A stretch of DNA of 64,000 nt from an uncultured Gemmatimonadales bacterium (GTDB lineage: Bacteria; Gemmatimonadota; Gemmatimonadetes; Gemmatimonadales; GWC2-71-9): the NCBI GenBank assembly GCA_963771275.1, contig CAVYSW010000003.1, forward strand, positions 1,504,001 through 1,568,000. Reading direction: 5' to 3'. Each line of letters begins with the position of its first letter. The first letter of the stretch is position 1. The position numbers and the translations under genes are program-made. Below are positions 36,495 to 45,009 of the stretch, in pieces. The notes under the pieces were generated by a model that worked only from the letters and a program-made list of their open reading frames with translations, did not search any database and had not been told where the DNA came from.

Positions 36495-38494
36495 ACGAAC
36501 CCCAGCGGGCGCGCCAGCGCAGCCAGCGCCGCGCCTTCGGCCGGATCGAGGCGCTGCCGGATGGCGTGAAACGCGGTCTGCACGTCGAACGGCACCGGGG
36601 CGTCGAGCAAGGAGAACAAATCGAGCAGATCGAGCACCTGGGCCGTGGCCATGGGTGACCGATCCTCCGCCAGCCCGACCACGGCGCGGAGCAGCGCCCC
36701 GGGGGCCACGTCCGCGAGCGGCACCCCGCGGCAGAGCGCCGCATCCTCCGCGTCGGAGAACCAGAGATCGCGGATGTCGCGGAGCAGCTCGTCGGCCACA
36801 ACCTGTCGGGCCCGCTCCGGCAGATCGGCGGGGGTGATCTCCCACGCGTCGGCGCCGCCCCCGCCCGTCACCGAGACGCGCAGCCGGCCGGGTCGCGGGC
36901 GATCGACGTGCACCTGGAAGGCGTCCGTCCGTCCGGTGCGCCGCTGCCGCACGACGACGCCGTCCTCGCGCAAGTCCGCCAGGAAGCCGACCGGTACGAC
37001 GCTCCCGGGATCGGCGTTGGCCGCGCGCGCCATCGCGACGCCGGCGGCGACGCGTGCGGCGGGCGGCGTGGCGGGCCGGGCGAACCGGTCGTAGACGTCG
37101 CGCCCCGATCCGATCGCGGGATCGTTGCCGGGCGCGGTGGCCAGGCGCTCGCGCAGGGCGGCCTCCAGCGTCGCCCCGCCGGGGCCCGCCAGCTCGATCG
37201 CCCGCGCGGCGTACCGCAGGATCTGCCGGGTCTCGATGCCGCCGACGTCGTCGAAGAACCAGCCACAGGAGGTGAACATGCCGAGCGCGTGCCGCTCCAT
37301 CTCGAGCAGCTCCGCGGCGCGCCGCCGCCCCGCCGCGTCCGTCGTCCGCCCGTGCGCGGCCAGGAACTCGTCGAGCGGGCGGGCGCCGACCAGCACGGCC
37401 CCGTAGCCGTCGCGGGCCGCCCACACGTCGTGGAGCACGGCCGCGCCCTCGGCGGCGAACACCGCGTGCAACGCGGCGGCCAGCGATTCGAGCGCCGCGC
37501 GAAGCGGGGCGCGCCAGCGCTGCTGCCAGCCGCGCTCGGGGTGCATCCGGCAGCCGCAGTCGCTGCGCCAGCGCTCGACGCCGTGCGGACAGCTCCACGA
37601 GCTCGGGGCCTTGAGCGCGACGTCGTGCGTCGCCGGGTGGCGGGCGAGATAGGCCGCGAAGTTGTCGACCGCGAGTCCCGGACGCCGCGTCACCCCGTCG
37701 AGAAACGCGGCCAGAGCCATCTCGCCAAAGCGGTGATGGTGGCCGTAGGTCTCGCCGTCCGTCGCGACCGCGACGAGTGCGTCGTTCGCGTGTCCCGCCA
37801 CGGCATCGACCCACGCGGCGGCGTCGCGAATGAGCGGGCCGAACGCCACCTCGTGCGACAGCGCGCCGTCGTACACGAACAGCGTGATGCTGCGGCCGGC
37901 GCTCGTGCGATACCGCCCCGGCAGGCCGTGGGGAGGCGGCGTCACGACCTGATGCGGCGCCAGGACGGTGAACGTGATGCCCTCGGCGGCCAGGACGTCC
38001 AGCGTCTCGTCGTCCACGGCCGTCTCCGGCAGCCACATGCCCTCGGGGGCGCGACCAAAGCGGCGCCGGAAGTCGGCGATCCCCCAGCGGACCTCGGTTT
38101 CCTTGTCGCGCCGGGAACTGAGCGGGAGAATCACGTGGTGCAGCGGCGCCGCGATCGCGTTGCCGTGGCCGTCGTGCGCCGCCGCGCTGGCCCGATCCGC
38201 GTCGAGCATGGCGCGGTACGTGCTCGGGGCCGCCTCCTCCAGCCAGTCGAGCAGCGTGGGGCCCACGTCGAAGCTCACCGCCTCGAGCGTGTTGACGATC
38301 CGGGCGATTCGCCCCTCGGCGCCCGGGCGCCGCGCCGCGACCACCGCCCGGTAGCATTCCTCCTCGATCCGCACGTTCCAGTCGTGGTGCGGCGCCGCGC
38401 CGGGCTCGACGGGCACCTCCTCCAGCCACGGGTCCTCCCGTGGGGGCTGGTAGAAATGGGCATGCACGACGACGGAGCGGGGATCGGCGCTCAT
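36491..38494 (-). CDS. GH57 protein with DUF3536 domain
   Basis: HAHFYQPPREDPW, HVILPL, GMWLPETAVD, ATDGETYGHH, WSCPHGVERW, MFTSCGWFFDD; ATGA overlap. Confidence 0.9.
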   Translation of the reverse strand: MSADPRSVVVHAHFYQPPREDPWLEEVPVEPGAAPHHDWNVRIEEECYRAVVAARRPGAEGRIARIVNTLEAVSFDVGPTLLDWLEEAAPSTYRAMLDADRASAAAHDGHGNAIAAPLHHVILPLSSRRDKETEVRWGIADFRRRFGRAPEGMWLPETAVDDETLDVLAAEGITFTVLAPHQVVTPPPHGLPGRYRTSAGRSITLFVYDGALSHEVAFGPLIRDAAAWVDAVAGHANDALVAVATDGETYGHHHRFGEMALAAFLDGVTRRPGLAVDNFAAYLARHPATHDVALKAPSSWSCPHGVERWRSDCGCRMHPERGWQQRWRAPLRAALESLAAALHAVFAAEGAAVLHDVWAARDGYGAVLVGARPLDEFLAAHGRTTDAAGRRRAAELLEMERHALGMFTSCGWFFDDVGGIETRQILRYAARAIELAGPGGATLEAALRERLATAPGNDPAIGSGRDVYDRFARPATPPAARVAAGVAMARAANADPGSVVPVGFLADLREDGVVVRQRRTGRTDAFQVHVDRPRPGRLRVSVTGGGGADAWEITPADLPERARQVVADELLRDIRDLWFSDAEDAALCRGVPLADVAPGALLRAVVGLAEDRSPMATAQVLDLLDLFSLLDAPVPFDVQTAFHAIRQRLDPAEGAALAALARPLGFV

Positions 38495-40176
38495 CGTGTG
38501 GCGGGCATCGCGAGGACCCCGGACACGGCATCGAGAACCGCCGGGAACAACGCGTCGCGCCACATCAACTCGGCCGCGCGTCGACCGGCCGCGTCGCGCT
38601 GGGCATCCCGCGCCGCGGGGCTCAGCGCGGCGACCAGCGCCTCGGCATCGTCGCAGTGCAGGCGGAAACGCTGCTCCGCGTAGTCCGCCACGGCCCCCGT
38701 CGACATGATGAACTGCCAGTCGGACGATTGGGCCAGCAATAGCGACCGGGCGGCTTGGGCCAGCAGCGGCCGGGCCCATTCGTTGGTCAGCGCGTCGGCC
38801 GCCGCGGCCCAGAAGGCGCCTTCCAGCCGCCAGAGGCGCTCCCAGGTCCAGCGCGTGCCGTCGTTCATCCACATGTGGTGGTCGCCGTGCGCACCCCACG
38901 ACCCCTCGGCCAGACGGATGCGCGCCGGACTGCGCGCGTCAAGCTGGCCCGACGCGGTGGCCGCCCGCACGCCGGCCAGCGACCCCAGCCGGCGGTACAG
39001 CGCGCCGACGAAGTGCACCCCTTCGAACCACCAGTGGCCGAACAGCTCGGTGTCGAACGGGGCCACGACCACCTCGCCGTCTGCCGCCTGCGCGCGCGCG
39101 ATGTCCGAGAGCAGCCCCGCGAAGTGCCCGGCATGCACGTCGGCGCGTCCCTGCGCCTCGGCCGGATCGTACGGCTGCTTGCCGCCCAGATCGACATCGG
39201 GCCCGGTCACGCGCCACAGCTTGAGCCCGCCCGGCCAGCGGATCTTGTGAAACTCGAGGTACGCCCCGTCGCCCGGGTATCCCAGGTGCCGGCTCCACAC
39301 CTGCATCGAGGAGCGGGGGTCGCGGATCAGCGCCCACAGGGGTTGCGCCCCGTCGAGCGACACGACGTACGGGCGGTACGGCGAGCGGCTCACCGGGTCG
39401 TGGCGGGCCGACGCGACGTCGTGACGCTCGAGGTCGAACCGCTCGGCGCCGAGCGGGACGTCGGGGTACGTGCCGAGCGCCTCGCCGGCCGCGGCAAGGT
39501 GCGCGTCCGCAAAGAAGTAGCGGAAGCCGGCCTCGGCGAGGTGCTCGTCGGTGCCGGCGCGTTCCGGGGCCGGATCGCCGCCCCCTGCGCGCCACGGCCC
39601 GCGACTGCGGTAGGCGCACTCCGGGAGCCAGCAGCCGCGCGGCGACCGCCCGAACAGGCGACGATGCTCCGCGTACCCGACGCGCAGCTGGAGCCGGATG
39701 CTCTCGTCCCGACCGAGCAGCGGCAGGTAGCCGTGCGTCGCCGCCGAGCCGATGATCTCCAGGCGCCCGGCGTCCTGCAGCCGGCAGAGCTCGCCCACGA
39801 GGTCGCCGTTGAGCGCGTCGAACAGCCGCCACAGACGTTCGAGCCGCTCGCGCCAGAAGCCGGCGAGCGGGATGAGCGCCTGGTCGCCGGTCGCGGCCAG
39901 GTCGTCCGGTGCGCGGGTGGCGTGCGCGAGCCGTTCGCGGAGGAACTCCTCCATCTCGTGCAGGAACGAGGGGTGCGTGAGCTGGTTCGCCAGCACCGGT
40001 GTCACGCCGAGCGTGATCGGTGCCGCGACCCCGTCCCGCTCGAGGCGGCGCAGCTCCTCGATCAACGGCAGATAGGTGTCGAGCGCCGCCTCGCAGAGCC
40101 AGTCGCTACCGTGGGGCCAGCGGCCGTAATGCAGCACCCACGGCAAGTGGCTGTGCAGCGCGAGGACGAAGTCCAT
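38491..40176 (-). CDS. GH57 1,4-alpha-glucan branching enzyme (DUF1957)
   Basis: LHSHLP, ATHGYLPL, GCWLPECAY, GYPGD..Y.EFH, APFDTELFGHWWFEG, LLAQSSDW.FI. Confidence 0.92.
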   Translation of the reverse strand: MDFVLALHSHLPWVLHYGRWPHGSDWLCEAALDTYLPLIEELRRLERDGVAAPITLGVTPVLANQLTHPSFLHEMEEFLRERLAHATRAPDDLAATGDQALIPLAGFWRERLERLWRLFDALNGDLVGELCRLQDAGRLEIIGSAATHGYLPLLGRDESIRLQLRVGYAEHRRLFGRSPRGCWLPECAYRSRGPWRAGGGDPAPERAGTDEHLAEAGFRYFFADAHLAAAGEALGTYPDVPLGAERFDLERHDVASARHDPVSRSPYRPYVVSLDGAQPLWALIRDPRSSMQVWSRHLGYPGDGAYLEFHKIRWPGGLKLWRVTGPDVDLGGKQPYDPAEAQGRADVHAGHFAGLLSDIARAQAADGEVVVAPFDTELFGHWWFEGVHFVGALYRRLGSLAGVRAATASGQLDARSPARIRLAEGSWGAHGDHHMWMNDGTRWTWERLWRLEGAFWAAAADALTNEWARPLLAQAARSLLLAQSSDWQFIMSTGAVADYAEQRFRLHCDDAEALVAALSPAARDAQRDAAGRRAAELMWRDALFPAVLDAVSGVLAMPATR

Positions 40177-40181
40177 CGTCG

Positions 40182-41690
40182 TCAGCGCCCGTCGTTCCGC
40201 GCGGCGTGAGCCTGCGCGTACGCGGCCTGGTACTTCTCGGCCGACGGGCCCCAACTGTGGTCCAGTCCCATCGCCACCTCGACCTTGTCCTCCCAGTCGT
40301 CGCAGTCGTGGTAGCACTCGATCGCGCGGCGCAGCGCCACGTCGAGCGCCGCGGGCGTGTAGGCGTCAAACATGAACCCGCTCACGTCGTCGGTCACGGT
40401 GTCACGCAGACCGCCCACGCTGCGCACCACGGGCAGCGCCCCGTAGCGCTGAGCCCGCATCTGGGTGAGGCCGCACGGTTCGTACTGCGACGGCATCAGC
40501 AGGAGGTCCGCCCCGGCGAGCAGCCGGTGCTCCGCCTGCTCGCTGAACATCCGGGGGACCGCCATCCGATCGGGCGCGCGCGCGGCGAGGGCGGCGAGCG
40601 CCTCCTCGTAGCGCCGTTCCCCGGTGCCGAGAAAGATGCACTGGACGTCGTCGGCGATCAGCGCGTCGCTGCCGAGGATGAGGTCGAGGCCCTTCTGCTC
40701 CACGAGCCGGGCGCTCATCGCGAGCAGGGGCACGCGCTTGCGCTGGCGCAGCTTGTACGACCGCTGCACGGCCGCCTTGCAGCGCGCCTTGGGGGTCCGG
40801 TCGTCCGGGCCGAAGTGCACCGTGATGTACGGGTCGGTGGCCGGGTTCCAGAAGACGTCGTCGATGCCGTTGAGGATGCCGGTGAACCGATCGCCGAGCG
40901 CCGTGAACTGCTCCTGCAGTCCGAAGCCGCCCGCCGGCGTGCGCAGCTCCTCGGCGTGCGTCGGGCTCACGGTCGTCGCCATGTCGCACAGGGCGAGCCC
41001 GCCCTTCAGCACGTTCACGTGCCCGTACCACTCCATCAGGCGCCAGTCGTACATGCTGGCCGGCAGGCCGACGTCCGCCAGCATGCCGAACGGGAAGTGG
41101 CCCTGGAAGCCGGCATTGTGGCACGATACCACGGTCCCGATCCGGTCGTAGCTCTCCAGGCCCGCGTAGGTGTGGCGCAGGTAGACGATCGAGAGCGCGG
41201 TGTGCCAGTCGTGCGCGTGCAGCACGCCGGTATCAGGCGCGATCCGCGGCAGCGCCTCCAGCACGGCGCGCGAGAAGAACGCGAAGCGGCGGGCGTTGTC
41301 CGGGTAGTCGCTCCCCTCGCCGTAGATCTCGGGCCGGTCGAAATAGCCGGGGTGGTCGACGAACAGCACCTCGGGCGAGGCCTCGCCTCCGGTTGCCCGA
41401 TACAGCCGGGCCTCCTCCCACCGGTCGCCGATGGTGAAGCCGAACGGTTCACCGACCGGCGCGAGGGCCGTGTCGCGCTGGCGGACCTGGCGGTGCAACG
41501 GCAGGATCACCGTCACCGGCAGGCCCGCCGCCACCTGGTACTCGGCCAGGCCCCGCACGGCCTCCGCCAGCCCCCCGGTACGGGCAAACGGCCAGTACTC
41601 GGCCGCGATGTGGACGATCCGCGCGCCGCCCGGCAGCGGCCGTAGCGCGCGCGTCAAGGTGCGGGCTCGGTGGGCACGTCGGGTCCCCAT
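40182..41690 (-). CDS. glgA: Glycogen/starch synthase (GT5)
   Basis: E..PFARTGGL, HAHDWH, HNAGFQG, TVSPT.A.E, GILNGID, RLVEQKG, MPS.YEPCGLTQM; GGAGG RBS. Confidence 0.93.
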   Translation of the reverse strand: MGTRRAHRARTLTRALRPLPGGARIVHIAAEYWPFARTGGLAEAVRGLAEYQVAAGLPVTVILPLHRQVRQRDTALAPVGEPFGFTIGDRWEEARLYRATGGEASPEVLFVDHPGYFDRPEIYGEGSDYPDNARRFAFFSRAVLEALPRIAPDTGVLHAHDWHTALSIVYLRHTYAGLESYDRIGTVVSCHNAGFQGHFPFGMLADVGLPASMYDWRLMEWYGHVNVLKGGLALCDMATTVSPTHAEELRTPAGGFGLQEQFTALGDRFTGILNGIDDVFWNPATDPYITVHFGPDDRTPKARCKAAVQRSYKLRQRKRVPLLAMSARLVEQKGLDLILGSDALIADDVQCIFLGTGERRYEEALAALAARAPDRMAVPRMFSEQAEHRLLAGADLLLMPSQYEPCGLTQMRAQRYGALPVVRSVGGLRDTVTDDVSGFMFDAYTPAALDVALRRAIECYHDCDDWEDKVEVAMGLDHSWGPSAEKYQAAYAQAHAARNDGR

Positions 41691-41706
41691 ATCCACCTCC
41701 TCGGTG

Positions 41707-43860
41707 TCAGGCCGTCGGCGGGTCCGTGGTCGGCGCCTCGCCGCGGATTGCCGGCAGGTAACTCTCCCTGACATACCGCTGCATCATTCGCCGGGCCGTG
41801 AACCGCTCCCCCGCCTGGCAGATCGCGTGCTTCATGCGCTCCACCCAGCCGACCGGAACGCCCCGCGCGTCGCGCTGGTAGTACAGGGGGACCACCTCGG
41901 ATTCCAGCAGATGGTACACATGAGCGGCGTCTTCGGTGTCCACGTCCGCGGTCACCGCCCGCGGGATGGCCCAGCCGTTGTTGCCCGTGAATCCCTCGGA
42001 CCACCACCCGTCGAGCGTCCCGAGCTGGGGCACGCCGTTCAGCGCCGCCTTCATCCCGCTGGTCCCGCACGCCTCCATCGGCACCCGCGGCACGTTGAGC
42101 CAGAGATCCACGCCCTGCACCAGCCGGTGCGCCAGGTGCATCTCGTAGTCCTCGAGGAACGTGATGCGCCCCTCGAACGTGGGATCGCGCGTGAAGCCGT
42201 ACACCTGCTGCAGCAAGTGCTTGGCCGGCTCGTCGGCCGGGTGCGCCTTGCCGGCGAAGATGATCTGCACCGGGCGGTGCGGGTTGGTGAGAATACGGCG
42301 CAGCCGGTCCGGGTCGTGGAAGACGAGGTCGGCGCGCTTGTACGTCGCAAAGCGGCGCGCGAACCCGATCGTCAGCGCGGTGGGGCTGAGCAGCGTGCCG
42401 GCGGCGACGAGATGACTCGGCTCCTTCCACTGATCCCGCCAGCGGCGCCGCGCCTCGTCCCGGATGAATTCGATCAGGCCGTACTTGAGCGTCATGTGTG
42501 CCTGCCACAGCCGCGCCTCGTCCGCGGTCAGCAGGCGCTGCCACAACTCCGGCTCGTCCAGCCGGGCGCCCCAATCGGGGCCGAGGTGCGACTCGATCGC
42601 GTCCATGATCTGCCGCGCCATCCACGTCGCGAGATGGACGCCGTTCGTGACGTGGCCGATCGGGACGGCCGTGTACTCGCGGTCGGGCCAGAGCGGGTGC
42701 CAGATGCGGCGCGTCTCCTCGCCGTGCAGCGCGGACACGCCGTTGACGCGGCCGCTCAGCCGGATCGCGAGGGCCGTCATGTGGAACAACCCGTGGTCCT
42801 CGGCGGGGTTGTGGCCCAACCGGAAGAGCCGCTCCCGATCGAGCCCCGCCTCGTCCCAGTACCGGCCGATGCAGTGCTCCATCTGGTCGTGCGTGAACCG
42901 GTCGTGACCGGCTGGCACGGGGGTATGGGTGGTGAACGTGCTCGTCGCCCGCACGCTGCCCACGGCATCCTCGAACGGCGCGCCCGCCGCGACCTTCTCG
43001 AGCAGCCGCTCGACCAGCATGAACGCGGCGTGCCCCTCGTTCGCGTGCCACGCCCCCGGGGCGATCCCGAGGCGGCGCAGCACCCGCACGCCCCCCACCC
43101 CGAGCACCCATTCCTGCCGGAGCCGCGTCTCGGCCCCGCCGGCGTAGAGCTTGTGGCACAGGGCCCGGTCGTCGGGGTGGTTCCGCTCGAGATTCGTGTC
43201 CAGCAGGTAGACGGGGACCGAGCCGATCAGGATGCGCCAGGCGCCGACGTGGATGCTGCGCTCCGGGCCCGGCACGCTGGCCAGATATGGGCTCCCGGTC
43301 TCATCGAGGATCGGAATCAGCGGTGCCTGCCCCGGGTCCACCGGGTCGTCGGTATCCTCCTGCCAGCCGTCGAGCCGGAGGTGCTGGTCGAAGTAGCCGC
43401 GGGTGTAGATCAGCCCCACGCCGATCAGCGGAACGCCGAGATCGGACGCGGCCTTGCAGTGGTCGCCGGCGAGCACCCCCAGCCCGCCCGAGTAGATCGG
43501 GACCGAGGCGTGGAGAGCGAACTCCGCGCAGAAGTACGCGATCGGCGTCGTGTCGTGTCGCGCGAAATGCGTGCGGTACCAGGTGCCCTCGCGCGACAGC
43601 GCCCGGGCGAGGCTGGCGCGCACCGTGTCGTACAGCGAGACGAACGCCGGGTCGGTGGCGCAGGCCGCGAGGCGCGCCGGATCCACCTGCTGGAGCAGCG
43701 CGACCGGATTGTGCTGGCTGCGGCGCCACAGCACCACGTCGATCGACCGGAAGAGGATGCGGGCCTCACGGCTCCACGCCCACCACAGGTTCGCCGCGAT
43801 GCCAGGGAGTTCGGCGATGCGCTCGGGGACCAGCGGGAATCGGGGAGTGGGGTGCGTCAT
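41707..43860 (-). CDS. glgP: Alpha-glucan (glycogen) phosphorylase (GT35)
   Basis: AYFCAEF, YSGGLGVLAGDH.K, NEGH, FTTHTPVPAGHD, ARRFATYKR, GKAHP, EACGTSGMK (PLP lysine). Confidence 0.95.
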   Translation of the reverse strand: MTHPTPRFPLVPERIAELPGIAANLWWAWSREARILFRSIDVVLWRRSQHNPVALLQQVDPARLAACATDPAFVSLYDTVRASLARALSREGTWYRTHFARHDTTPIAYFCAEFALHASVPIYSGGLGVLAGDHCKAASDLGVPLIGVGLIYTRGYFDQHLRLDGWQEDTDDPVDPGQAPLIPILDETGSPYLASVPGPERSIHVGAWRILIGSVPVYLLDTNLERNHPDDRALCHKLYAGGAETRLRQEWVLGVGGVRVLRRLGIAPGAWHANEGHAAFMLVERLLEKVAAGAPFEDAVGSVRATSTFTTHTPVPAGHDRFTHDQMEHCIGRYWDEAGLDRERLFRLGHNPAEDHGLFHMTALAIRLSGRVNGVSALHGEETRRIWHPLWPDREYTAVPIGHVTNGVHLATWMARQIMDAIESHLGPDWGARLDEPELWQRLLTADEARLWQAHMTLKYGLIEFIRDEARRRWRDQWKEPSHLVAAGTLLSPTALTIGFARRFATYKRADLVFHDPDRLRRILTNPHRPVQIIFAGKAHPADEPAKHLLQQVYGFTRDPTFEGRITFLEDYEMHLAHRLVQGVDLWLNVPRVPMEACGTSGMKAALNGVPQLGTLDGWWSEGFTGNNGWAIPRAVTADVDTEDAAHVYHLLESEVVPLYYQRDARGVPVGWVERMKHAICQAGERFTARRMMQRYVRESYLPAIRGEAPTTDPPTA

Positions 43861-43990
43861 TGTGCGTTTGAAGGTAGCGTCTGGTCGAGGGGACGCCAGC
43901 GGTCCCAGCGCGGCCTGCATAGAACCTTCACGCGACGTTCAGCCTTTCAACACCGCGCTCACGTTAGTCTCGAAACCGAGGAGGGCCGCC

Positions 43991-44224
43991 ATGCTGCGTG
44001 ATTCCCAAGAGTATCATCGGACGTCAGCCGGGTTCTCGCTGGATGAGGCGTCCCGGCTGTACCGCAGCAGCGCGGTCGGCAACAAGCTGAGGTGCCCCAC
44101 GTGCGGCGGGACGATGCGCGAGGTAGTCGGGGCGAACCCGCGCGGCGCCGTGTGGCTGCTGCGCTGCGTCGACTGCGGGCGCGGGCTCGTGTTCGACGAC
44201 CCGTCCGCGGAGGCGGAGGACTAG
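43991..44224 (+). CDS. Small zinc-ribbon protein
   Basis: GAGGAGG RBS; CPTCGG and CVDCGR knuckles; 77 aa. Confidence 0.6.
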   Translation: MLRDSQEYHRTSAGFSLDEASRLYRSSAVGNKLRCPTCGGTMREVVGANPRGAVWLLRCVDCGRGLVFDDPSAEAED

Positions 44225-44306
44225 CGCACGCGCCCGGCGCCCCCCCGCGCGGCGAGCGTGCGCGCCCTTGCGAGCCGGCGAGGGCGCGCGTTGTTTTCGG
44301 CCCACG

Positions 44307-44960
44307 ATGTCGCTCCGTTCCCGGCTGCGGGCCCTGCTCACCATGGGCCAGGGAGTGGCCCGCGGTCTTCCCGATGCGGCCGCCGACCAGGACCCCCTCA
44401 CCCTGTTCCACCGGTGGTTCGACGCGGCGCGGCAGTCGGGCCTCATGCTCCCCGAAGCCATGTGTCTGGCCACCGCCACCCCGGACGGCAAGCCGTCGGC
44501 GCGCATGATGCTGCTCAAGGGTGCGGATCAGCGGGGCTTCGTGTTCTTCACCAACTACGACAGCCGCAAGGGCGACGAGCTCGCCGCCAACGCGCGGGCC
44601 GCTCTGGTGCTGCACTGGGCCATTCTCGAGCGCCAGGTCCGGATCGAGGGGATCGTGCAGCGGCTCGACGGCGAGGAGTCGTTCGCGTACTTCCGCACCC
44701 GGCCACGCGGCAGCCGGATCGGGGCGTGGGCGTCACAGCAGAGCCGGCCGCTCGGGGCGCGGACCGAGCTCGAGGCCCGGGTGCGCGAGACGGCCCGGCG
44801 CTTCCCGGGCGATGACGTGCCGCTGCCGCCGTTCTGGGGGGGCTTCCGGCTGATCCCGGAGCGGATCGAATTCTGGCAGGGGCGGATGGACCGGCTGCAC
44901 GACCGGCTGGTGTTCGAGCGCACCGACGGCGGCTGGCGCGCGATCCGACTCTACCCCTGA
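44307..44960 (+). CDS. pdxH: Pyridoxine/pyridoxamine 5'-phosphate oxidase
   Basis: AMCLATA, PSARMMLLK, FFTNYDSRKG, RQVRIEG, YF.TRP..S.IGAWAS.QS, EFWQGR..RLHDR, RLYP. Confidence 0.95.
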   Translation: MSLRSRLRALLTMGQGVARGLPDAAADQDPLTLFHRWFDAARQSGLMLPEAMCLATATPDGKPSARMMLLKGADQRGFVFFTNYDSRKGDELAANARAALVLHWAILERQVRIEGIVQRLDGEESFAYFRTRPRGSRIGAWASQQSRPLGARTELEARVRETARRFPGDDVPLPPFWGGFRLIPERIEFWQGRMDRLHDRLVFERTDGGWRAIRLYP

Positions 44961-45009
44961 GTGGACCGCTGCGCACGAACGGACCCCTGCTCCAGTCGCG
45001 GGCCGGTGA

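Noticed and set aside
34542..38531. 1329-aa ORF as a single giant protein
   Set aside because: Only the part downstream of 36494 is GH57-like. The upstream part is R/G/A-rich off-frame translation over the DUF3536 gene.
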